From: Cenococcum geophilum
Taxonomy: Eukaryota
Assembly: GCA_050273025.1 (NCBI GenBank)
Contig: CP158636.1
Span: 6,634,001 to 6,698,000, forward strand
Direction of reading: 5' to 3'
Length of the DNA stretch: 64,000 nt
The stretch's first letter is position 1; each line of letters begins with the position of its first letter. Made by a program: the position numbers and the translations under genes. The notes beneath the pieces are model-generated. The model made no database searches. It saw only the letters and a program-made list of their open reading frames with translations, and was not told where the DNA came from. Positions 13,015 to 23,183 of the stretch are shown piece after piece.

Positions 13015-14822
13015 ACGTACTTCATGGGTAAGCGGCCCACCCCAACACCAAAATCAGGCCTACGACCGTTCAACCACGATGCATCAATAACCCGTTACCT
13101 AATTACCTATGGCCGAAGCGAAAATTAACCTAGCTATTCAAGCTATCAAACAAGACCAATTTCAAAGTGTACGACACGCTGCTGTCGCGTACGATGTCCC
13201 TCGAACCTCGCTCCGTCGACGACGCGCCGGAATCCTCCCAAAACGCGATTATAAGCCTAAATCAAAGAAGCTCACTAAGCTTAAAGAGAAGGTGATTTAT
13301 AATTATATTATCGACCTAGATAAACGAGGATTCGCGCCTACCTTAAACACTGTACAAGCAATGGCCGATAGATTGCTTGGTGAGCGGGGTGGTAGCCCAG
13401 TTAGCATTAACTGGCCTACAACCTTCGTCAGCCGTACTCCTGGGATAAAAACTCATATTAATCGACCGTACGATCGACAGCGAGCACTCTGTGAGGATCC
13501 AGAGGTTATTGGCGCTTAGTTTAAGCTCGTGGAGAATACAAAAGCGAAGTACGGCATTACTGATACAGACTCCTACAACTTTGATGAGACTGGCTTCCAG
13601 ATGGGTGTTATATCAAGCCAGGTAGTTGTTATAGGCTCTAAGAGGCGCAATCGACCAAAGGCAATACAACCTGGCAATCGTGAATGGGTAACAGTAATCC
13701 AGGCGATTAACGCAATAGGGTGGGCGATACCTCCGTTTATAATTTTTAAGGCTGTATACCACCTTAATACCTGGTACGCTAGCCAGAATCTACTAAAGAG
13801 TTGGGTTACAGGTGTCTTTGAGAACGGCTGGATAATAAATGAGCTTGGAATCGCGTGGTTAAAGCACTTTAACGCGCATACAAAGACGCGTACAGTGGGG
13901 TTACATCGGCTACTGATTATCGACGGCCATGAGAGCCACAACTTATTAGATTTCTAGCAAATTTGTAAAGATAGCAAGATTATTACGCTATATATGCCAC
14001 TAGATGTGGGGTGTTTCTCGCCGTTAAAGCGCGCGTATGGTGCTGAGATCAACGCGTTAATCCGTGCGTATATTCATCACGTCGACAAGCAGAGCTTCCT
14101 ACCAGCCTTTAAGGTTGCGTTTGAGCGTGCGTTCTCAGAGAGTAACATTAAGGCAAGCTTCAAAGGCGCTGGGCTTGTTCCATTTAACCCAGAGGTCGTG
14201 ATATCAAAGCTTGATGTAAAGCTTCGTACGCCGCCACCACCTATCATAGAGTATGACCCCTGGGAATCGAAAATACCTAGTAATGTGCGCGAACTAGAGG
14301 CTCAATCTACTCTAATTCGTGATCGGATTCAAGAGCACCAGAATTCTTTACCTTCTAGCATTATTGCGCCGTACGATCAGCTTATTAAGGGCGCGCAAAT
14401 GATAATACATTCTGCTGCCTTATTACGCGATAAGAACGCAGCCCTTCGAGCTGCTAATAAGGCTGCATCTAAGCGTAAATTAATTAAAAGAAAGCGGTTA
14501 CAGAAGCAAGGTATATTAACGCAAGAAGAAGCCCTTAAGCTAGACGCTCAGAAGGGTAGTAGTGGCCAGAAGAAGGGTGAGGGGGATAGAGAGGAGGTAT
14601 CTGACGGTGGGACTACGCGCAAGAAGAGGCGCTGCAAACGCTGTGGAGAGGTTGGCCATAATTCTCGTACATGTCAAGCTGAAGTATAATACTTTATGAT
14701 ACTTTATAGTACTATAAGCTATAGTACTATTTTATTGTTGTAGAGTTATTCGCGATTGAGTTCGGATTTTAGTGTTGGGGTGGGCCGCTTACCCGTGTGG
14801 GCCGCTTACCCATGGAGTACGT
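13015..14822 (+). mobile_element. Fot1/pogo-family Tc1/mariner DNA transposon P
   Basis: TIRs ACGTACTYCATGGGTAAGCGGCCCAC. TA TSD at 13013-13014 and 14823-14824. The homologous site in B2 (~985-1000) is empty. Confidence 0.95.
13109..14689 (+). pseudogene. Fot1/pogo DDE transposase with two in-frame stops
   Basis: Three same-frame ORFs: N-terminal HTH region, YNFDETGF, LIIDGHESH, PLDVGCF and a C-terminal CKRCGEVGHNSRTC knuckle. Stops at 13517-13519 and 13955-13957 fit TGG>TAG and CAG>TAG. Confidence 0.93.
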
Positions 14823-17800
14823 TATAGCCTTACCGAAACTTACTAAAATAAGAATAGTTTAAGGGACTAGGTTATTTTAGCCTACCATAGCATTCCTAAG
14901 TATAATTTAGCGTTATATAAACCTATAGATACATTTAAAGGAGTATATACTAAGCTACGCTCTACTATAGGTATTATAATGCGAATATAAGAATCTTAAT
15001 AGTTCTATACTAAAAACCCTACCTAACTAAGTATTCCTAACTAATATGATTATAACTAGACTAATTAAATATATAGTGGCCGTAGTAGGGAATACGAAAG
15101 AGGGTATAATTAATATTAACTATAGGGTAATTATAGAGGTCCTTGTAAAGGTTTATTTTAAAGTAATTACTAAAAGAAGTGCTATATTTATAAAAAGCTA
15201 AATTACTAGTTAACTAGACACTTCCTTAATAAGCAAAAGGAGGTATATAATAAGTTTCGTTAGAGTATAAAAAATGTTAAAAGCTATAAGGTTACTATGG
15301 CCTACTTCTAAAGCTTTCTAATTTAATATAAAGGCATAGAAGATCTTAAGGGTAAGGGTAATAGGGTTAAATAGCTCCTTATAGATATAGAAATTAAGAA
15401 CTACTCTCCAGACTAATACTTTACTAAGTATAGTAAGGTAGATAGTATATAAACCGTCGCTATTCTTAACAACTAATTTACGCTCTATTCTATTATAAAA
15501 TCAAATATCTTTAATAAGCTAAAGAAGAGTTTTACGTTTTCCTTTAATAATAGATACTCGGCGAACGTCTTTTATAGTATTATACCGGATATAGGAGCCG
15601 CAGGAGTATCTATAGTAGGAGAACCTTAAGTTTAAGCTCTTTAGCAGCTTAATAGCTCTATTTAGATTAACTAATTAATAGCAGGCTAATATACAATCCG
15701 TTTTAGCAAAGGTATTATAATCTCCCTTAGTATAATTAGGGTCTAAACCCCCTTAGGATATATTACTTTCTATATTATTCCCGTAAATACTCTATTCCTA
15801 TTCTATATTAGGGATATAGATAAATTAGGCGTTAAGCTTAATAACCTTAAGAATATACTTATATAGGGAAATAATCGAGTGCCTATTATACGCAAGTGGG
15901 GTTACCCTTAGTTGCTCCTTTAATAACTAGAAAAGAGTATTACTTAGAGCTACTTAACCAAGTTAGAGTTACGCTAACTACACTATTGTTTTAGTTACCT
16001 ATTAGTTTACTAATTGCTTAGGGTTTTTTAGCAAGCGGGCTATAAAGTTAAGGTTAAAGCAATTAAGTATCTTATAAAGTACTACTATTACTACTAAATA
16101 AACCAGAAGTCCCCTAGCCGATTTAAGTTTACCCTTAAAAATGACTATAACTTTAACTTCTATATTATTATTAACGTTATATATCTTAGCGGCAAGCTAG
16201 TGCTCTAAGTTATTAACTTCTTAACCTCCTTTTAAGCTGCGCGTTTCTTAAAAGATATATTAGCTAGAAACGTATAGGATACCCTTTAGTTATACTAGAT
16301 TAATATCTACTTAGGACCCCCTAATTAAATCGTCTACGATATAGGAAAGAACTTCTTATCTATAGAGTTTCGATAATAGATAAAGGTAATAGTAATTGAG
16401 GTTAAGGAAGTCCCTATTAAGGCATATAATAGTATTAGAAAAGTAGAGTAATATTACGCGCCATTATGCCGTATATATAAGATTATCTCTTTAGAACTAT
16501 AGGATGCTAGCGAAGAACTTACCTTATAAATGGCCGTTAAAGCCGTTAATAATTCCACTGGCCTAGATAGACTTATACCTATATTGCTAGTCTTTAGCGC
16601 CTACCCTTAAATAACTAATAATTCTCTACCGTCTCCCTCTATTACGTAATAAGCTAAGGCTATTTATAAGGTAATAAAGGAGGTATAACATCTCTACGCT
16701 ATACGCTAGGTTAATAATATACTAGAAATAAGAAATAGCCCAAATACCTTAGCTATACTTAATCTACCACTCTAGTCTAAGGTACGCGTATGGCGTAAAA
16801 AGGGAGGATAGTTAGGCCTATATTAACTTATTATAATTAATAGTTAGACTTATACTATTTAAATACCTTACAGACCCACTTAATTCCGTTTAACTGTTAT
16901 TAAGCCTTATTATAAAGATAATAGCTCTAAGCCTTTATAGGATACTATAGAAAATGCCCTAAAGGAGAGCTACGACTAATGTGCTCTAGAAGGCAACCAT
17001 AATTCTAATATAATTATAGTAGATACGCCGCAATTATAACGCGGTAGAGGTCGCCTAAAGGGATTATAAAATTGCTAACATCTTATTAATTTTAAAGAGT
17101 AATTTATTACCGCTATTAAGAATAGAGTTAAGTTATTAATGGCCTTTATAATAGCTAAGGAGAAGGCTAACTTTAAGCTTACAAAATAGCTCTAAAAGGA
17201 AGGTTATATTATAACCCTAAGAGCTCCTTTCTAAGCATCTAATAAGTAGGAGATTAACGGTCTTATTATAAGAGGAGTTTTTAAATTTAAGAAGTATAAC
17301 CCTACTAAGTTTAATAAAGTTCGTATCTTTAAGTTAAGGATAGTTAATAAAATTAAGGGTAAAGCTACTAACGCCCTATTTAAAAAATTAAGGCTTATTA
17401 TTTAAGGTTATAATAATAATAGTAAGGAGATAATTCTTATATAATCCCCTACAATTTAACGAGCTAGTTAACGAGTTATTGTTATATTAGCTCCCTCCTT
17501 AATAAAGAATAAAATAGCGGTCTATTTATAAGATATTACTTAGGCCTATACCTAATTAGAGACGCACCTTCAGCGCTTAATATTAGTGTACCTTTTAGAG
17601 TAAATTTGCTACTAATATCCTAAAGATATAATTATAGTTATACTTAAGCTATTATACGGAATTGTAGAGGTGGGAACTCACTAGTAGGCTACCTATAGCA
17701 AGCACTATAAAGAGAAGCTTTTAATAACTACTTCTATATTTAATCCCTACTTCCTTATTATAACCATAGGAACTCTATTTAGAATCGTTGGCATATAAAC

Positions 17801-19804
17801 TAATAATATAATTATCTTAGAAGACGACCAATTTTTAGCTCTTAAAGAAGATAAGTTAGTAAAGGCAAATCTTATAGTAAAGCTAAAGGAAAAGCTTAAT
17901 TTAATAACACTATTACTTTTTAATAGATATACCCTCTCCCTAAATAAGGATTCTATTACTTTATGCTAGAAGGGTTAAGGTAAGAAGATTAACGTTATTA
18001 ATGCTAATTTTCTAAAGTAAGGATATATGGAGCAACGCGCTTATAGAGCTTATATTACTTCTATCTATTAACCTAAGGCTTTATTTAATCTCTCTGTTGC
18101 CGCCTAATACTAGGAACTAACTAAGGATGACGTTCTTGCCCTAAATAAACGTCTTTTCTAGCAAATAAACCATTTTAATTGGGGACTACTCTACGTGCCT
18201 ATTAATCTTCCTACCGCTAAGCTCTTTATATTTATTAATAGATCGTTTATAAATAATAAAGATTTTAGCTCCTAGTTAGGATATAAGATTATTATTATAA
18301 ATAAATTTACTAGAGAGAATAACTTTATAATCTATAGCAATCTTATCTATTAGAGCTTAACTAAGAGTAAGCGTATTACCTAAAGTGTTTTGGCGTTAGA
18401 GATATATAGAATAGTTAGCGGAGTTAATATAGCAATTGCAATTGGAACTACCCTAAAGATAATTATAAATTAACTCGAACTTCCTATTATCCCTATAATC
18501 GTATATACTAACTTATATTCCCTCTATAAGTATTTAGTTAAGCTTAATACCATAAAGGAGAAGCGCCTTATAATTAATATTATAGCACTTTAGCAATCCT
18601 ATAAGCGTTAAGAACTCTTTAAGATTTAATAAATTAATAGCTAAGATAATCCGGCAGATGCGATAATAAAGGTAAACCTAAATAAAGCACTAGAGACGTT
18701 TGTTAATATAAATACTCTATATATACGAGTTAAAGGTTGGGTTAAAAGGGAGTCCCTAAAAATTTCTTAGTTATATAAGGTCTTAAGATATCTAGGAACT
18801 TTAACTGGTGGTTAAAGTTATCTAATTAGTTAGATTCTCTTGCTAAGACTTTTTTAAAGGGGGGAGTATAATATTTTGCAGACCCTAACTTAACCTAGCT
18901 AATTAGGATTTTCTATCCCTGGGATGGAAAATCGCTATTAGCTTGCTTACTACTAGCGCCTTAGCGGCCCTCTAAATAATAACCTAGACCTCTAATACCT
19001 ATCTACGACTCCTAAGTAAGAAAGCACTACGTGTAAAGAGGCAAATTTTAGGACAGCAAGACTTATATTATAATGGCAATAGTAAGTAAGGAGGATTGAT
19101 ATTTATTACGCTAGTTAAGCGGTATATATATATAGATAGCAACCGTAAAAGAAGAGTTGCTAGTGTTGGGAATACTAGCAAGTTGCCGTTACGTGTGGTA
19201 AGTTGCCGTTATATGTTGCCGCGGCACTGGCGTAGCGAGGAGCCTTAAGCTCCTTGCCCTCCCTTATAAAGAGAAATAGAATAATAATTATTATACTATC
19301 TACGAACCGTAGCTATGTAATATTACCTTGTGTAACTAATAATAGGATTAAGATTTCTAGATATAAATAAGGACTATTAAATAAACTAAGATTAAGAAGT
19401 AAGAAGACTTTAAGGATTTACTTATAAGACGCAAACTAAAAGAAAATATAAAGGAATTTAGATAGAGAATCCTTATATAGTAAGAATAGAAACTAGACTA
19501 GAGATTTAGTATACTAGGTTATATAAGGGATAGAGTACTTATATAAAGAATTACTAATAGGCCTAGGGTAGGTACGTTAAGAGCTAAGTAGCTTACATCA
19601 GGAAATTTTTTTTGGGGCTCGTTGTTGCGGTTTGCGGCAAATTGCCGCAAACCGTACGGCTGCGGCAGGTGGATATGGTTGATAGCAATTTGCGCAAAAC
19701 GTACGTTTTGCAACAAAATCGCAGCACCTAATAGCAAATTACGGCAAAATGCTACCCCTATGAATAAATTACAGCAAAACGCTACCCTATAAATAAATAG
19801 CGCG

Positions 19805-19925
19805 CAAACTGTATAAATTATAAAAACTGTACGAATTATATAAACCGTACGAATTATACAAACCGTACGAATTGTACAAACTGTACGAATTGTAAAAACT
19901 GTACAAATTGTAACTATATAAATTA
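19805..19925. repeat. ~17-19-bp minisatellite (AAACYGTACGAATTRTA)
   Basis: About six adjacent degenerate units. Confidence 0.8.
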
Positions 19926-20074
19926 TAATTATATTATATAATAACTAAATTATCACATATTCCCATAGATTTCTATAATATACTTTTAAATATATTTATA
20001 TTATAACTATATAAAATGTAGAGCTATCTACTTTAGGCGTCAAGGGGGAAGCCTCTCGCAGAGGCTCTAAATTA

Positions 20075-20232
20075 TCTACCTACCTACCTGCCTGCCAGCC
20101 AGCCTGCCTGCCTACCTGCCTGCCTACCTGCCTGCCTACCTGCCTGCCTGCTTGCCTACCTACCTGTCTGTCTGTCTGTCCGTCCGTCTATACCTACCCG
20201 TCTATGCCTACCTGTCTGTGCCTACCTGTCTA
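20075..20232. repeat. Tetranucleotide microsatellite (CCTG/CCTA/TCTG)
   Basis: Directly visible run of ctac/ctgc/ctgt units. Confidence 0.85.
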
Positions 20233-20294
20233 TGTCACCTTGATTCGATCGATCGATCGAATCGTTTATCGTGTTCGCTGGCTGGTCGTTCGAA

Positions 20295-20582
20295 CGGTTG
20301 TCGTGTGGCTCTGGCGACGGTCGTGTGGCGATGACGACGGTCGTCTGGCTCTGACGGTCGTCTAGCTCTGGCGACGGTCATCTGGCTCCGGCGACGGTCG
20401 TCTAGCTCTGACGACGGTCGTCTAGCTCTGACGACGGTTGTCTAGCTCCGACAACGGTTGTCTAGCTCTGACGACGGTTGTCTAGCTCTGACGACGGTCG
20501 TCTAGCTCTGACGACGGTCGTCTGGCTCTGACGGTCGTCTAGCTCTGGCGACGGTCGTCTGGCTCCGGCGACGGTCGTCTGC
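20295..20582. repeat. 18/21-bp minisatellite (GACGACGGTCGTCTAGCTCT-like)
   Basis: More than ten adjacent units. Confidence 0.88.
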
Positions 20583-20659
20583 TGGCTGTCGTTCTGGTGT
20601 CTTCCTAGGTAGGGAGGATGTAAGGAAGGGTAAAAAATGAGGTGGCTACCTACACAAAG

Positions 20660-21195
20660 GCTTTGTGTAGAGCTTCGTGTAGAGCCTCCGTATGCAGAGC
20701 TTCGCGCAGAGCCTCGTGTAGAGCTTCGTGCAGAGCCTCGTGCAGAGCCTCTATATGTAGAGCTTCGTGTAGAGCTTCGTAGAGCTTTATGCAGAGCTTC
20801 GTGTAGAGCTTCATATAGAGCTTTGTGCAGAGCTTCGTGTAGAGCTTCGTGCAGAGCCTCTATATGCAGAGCTTTGTGTAGAGCCTCGTGTAGAGCCTCG
20901 TGCAAAGCTTCGTGTAGAGCTTCGTGTAGAGCTTCGTGTAGAGCTTCGTGTAGAGCTTTGTGTAGAGCTTCGTGCAGAGCTTCGTACAGAGCTTCGTGTA
21001 GAGCCTCGTGCAGAGCCTCTGTACGCAGAGCTTTGTGTAGAGCCTCGTGTAGAGCCTCGTGCAAAGCTTCGTGTAAAGCTTCGTGCAGAGCTTCGTGTAG
21101 AGCTTCGTGTAGAGCCTCTGTACGCAGAGCTTCGTGTAGAGCATCGTGCAAAGCTTCGTGTAGAGCTTCGTGTAGAGCTTCGTGCAGAGCCTCTG
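20660..21195. repeat. 12-bp minisatellite (AGAGCTTCGTGY) with periodic 15-bp variants
   Basis: Roughly 40 units. Source of the HEAL, CRAS and TKLY repeat ORFs in three frames. Confidence 0.92.
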
Positions 21196-21243
21196 TATTA
21201 GGAAAATTTTTTTAGGCACGTTGTTGCAAGCGAAAATCGGGGT

Positions 21244-21393
21244 CTGCGTAAGTCGCAATTTTGGTAGTTTACGGCGATTTGCAGCAATTTGCTACGAACA
21301 CATAGATAGGGCAGGCGCGTGCATAGGTAGCCTATGTGTTTGTAGCAAATTGCTGCAAATCGCCGCAAATTGCCAAAATTGCGACTTACGCAG
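21244..21393. repeat. Long inverted repeat: ~62-bp arms, ~26-nt loop
   Basis: CTGCGTAAGTCGCAATTTTGG...ACACATAG (21244-21305) pairs with CTATGTGT...CCAAAATTGCGACTTACGCAG (~21331-21393). Four mismatches, all transitions. Confidence 0.9.
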
Positions 21394-21409
21394 GTTTTGC
21401 AGACCCCGA

Positions 21410-22011
21410 AGTTGCAGCCGCATTCTCCCCGAGCGGTGGATCTTCCACAGCAGCTTCATCAACAACGTCCAGTCGTTCAAGCTCTACGGCGGCAGCTTCC
21501 ACTTCCACTGTATCAACAAGAACATCATTAGCCTCTACCGCAACTTTAGAAACCTTAACTATATTAACACAAAGCCCCACAGCAGTTACAGCGGCTTTGA
21601 AAAGCGCCCCAGTTGGAGCCATTGCTGGTGGTGCAGCCGGCGGCGTTGCAGTTCTGGCTATTATTATTGCTCTTCTTATATACTACTGCCGGCACGCAGC
21701 AAAATCCTGGAAAATAAGAAATGATGAAGTTAACAAACGGCTATCTTTTCCTCCCGCCGTAGCAATAATTGGAGATCCTAAAGCGACACCTCCGCTAGGT
21801 AAATTCTCTTACTATACCCATCTATTATCTAGCCCGAACGGCGCGCCTGACATTTTAGCAGACTTATTACTCCTAGCTTACTCAACACCTGCTCTATATC
21901 ACCTAGCCCTCTATAACCCGGACAACCTAGCCATGAAGCCTGCATTCGAGCTTCCCGCTGGCTATGTACTATACTCGAGGAATGCAAGCGGCGAGCCGGC
22001 TTTGCCTACAC
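21410..22011 (+). pseudogene. Captured fragment of a fungal single-pass membrane protein gene (Ser/Thr-rich stalk, TM helix, cytoplasmic tail; Mid2/Wsc-like architecture)
   Basis: Within ORF 21336-22058: SSTAASSTTSSRSS..., then APVGAIAGGAAGGVAVLAIIIALLIYYCRH, then a tail with an ELP motif. 60-nt in-frame intron at 21799-21858 (GTAAAT...CTGAC...TTTTAG). Native start, signal peptide and stop are absent. Confidence 0.8.
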
Positions 22012-23183
22012 ACCCCGATTTTCGTTTGCAACAACGCGCCCAAAATTTTTTTTCCTGATGTATTAAACTAAAAGATAAAAAGGATCTAAGAATCCCTACT
22101 AGATTTAAAGAATAATATATAAAGGGCTATATTATGGAACCCTACCGTAGGGGCCTCTATAGAAGAACCCCATGCTTTTACATATACCTCGCGTATAGCT
22201 TATATTAGCTACACGTAGGTATATTACCTCCTTACGCCTTTAACCCTTACGATTAATTGCGTAACGTTTTATAGACTCCTTAAATACATACGCTCTATAG
22301 CCACTACCCCCGTCCTATAACATTACGTTATGTCTTTTTTACTACTAATACTTAGCCTATGACCAATTCTACGTCTTTATAATACCGTAGGCGCTGCTAG
22401 AAGCAGCGTATTTATAAGTTACCCTACTCTATACTTCTAAGGAATCTATAATAGTAAGACGATATTTCTTACTAGCTACTATATTAAACTTAAAGAATAA
22501 TCTAATACCTATACTTAACCTACGCCGCTAATTAACCCTAGAAGAATTTAATTTATTAGCCCTAGCCTTAACTCCTAAAGGGAAGCCTAGTGGCTTAAAA
22601 GATTATAATAACCTTAATAAGGTAGATATTAATAATGTCTTATCCTTTATTAACTATATAACTACGGATAAGTAAGCGGAAGAGCTACTATCTATTGAAA
22701 TTAAAATACGAGACGCTAAAACGTTTATAAAAAAGGTAGTACGAGAACCTAATAAATACTACCGCCTTCTATAGAACTACTACCTAAAGCTTATATAAGC
22801 TGAAATGCGTACTGCCTAAGATTGCGATATTATTTAAGACCTATAAGCTTATAAGGCGCTTGCTAATAATATACGCTAAAAGACTAAAGATAACCTCTAT
22901 ATGTCTAAACGCGACGTCTAACAGTTAAAGAAAGCTAAAATTATACTTATTACTACAGTTACTAAAAAAGACGGCATAATTAAATACCTATAATCTTAGC
23001 TTAATAAGTATATTTATAATAACGCTAAACACCTCTTTACTGCATATAACGCTACCTAAGTTTTTATACCCCTAGGAACTTCACCTACTTAACGCTTAAT
23101 GGAGGGTTAGCGCTAAGCAGCTTTATATAATAGGAACCCTTACTAAAGCAGTGATAATAAAAGCTATAATGATTAAACCTAAG

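Larger units (their letters stand above)
11471..19341 (+). mobile_element. Full-length Ty1/Copia LTR retrotransposon B1 (GalEa-like), RIP-degenerate; interrupted by P
   Basis: 178-bp LTRs at 11471-11648 and 19164-19341. TSD ATAGG at 11466-11470 and 19342-19346. CTAATTAGT follows the 5' LTR. Protease PDIGAA ~15585, integrase ~15980-16600, RT ~17240-17900, RNase H NPADA ~18650. Confidence 0.95.
19596..22060. mobile_element. Non-autonomous composite TIR element T (TA TSD) carrying satellites and a captured gene fragment
   Basis: Ends are CATCAGGAAA... and ...TTTCCTGATG, with imperfect TIR similarity over ~33 bp. TA at 19594-19595 and 22061-22062. The empty site is visible in D2 (GTAGCTTA|CTAAAC, ~61110-61123). 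A third TIR copy starts at 21196. No transposase. Confidence 0.88.

Noticed and set aside
13573..13941. 122-aa minus-strand ORF
   Set aside because: Antisense shadow of the P transposase.
20295..21195. CRISPR-like array
   Set aside because: Units are contiguous with no unique spacers, the context is eukaryotic and there are no cas genes.
20462..21258. Repeat ORFs encoding (HEAL)n, (CRAS)n and (TKLY)n
   Set aside because: Three overlapping frames on both strands are open only because the 12-bp unit lacks stops. There is no unique domain or convincing start context.
21336..22058. Intact 240-aa membrane protein gene
   Set aside because: The ATG lies in the transposon hairpin arm, the stop lies in the TIR, there is no signal peptide and the ORF reads through an intron. 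Treated as a captured fragment.
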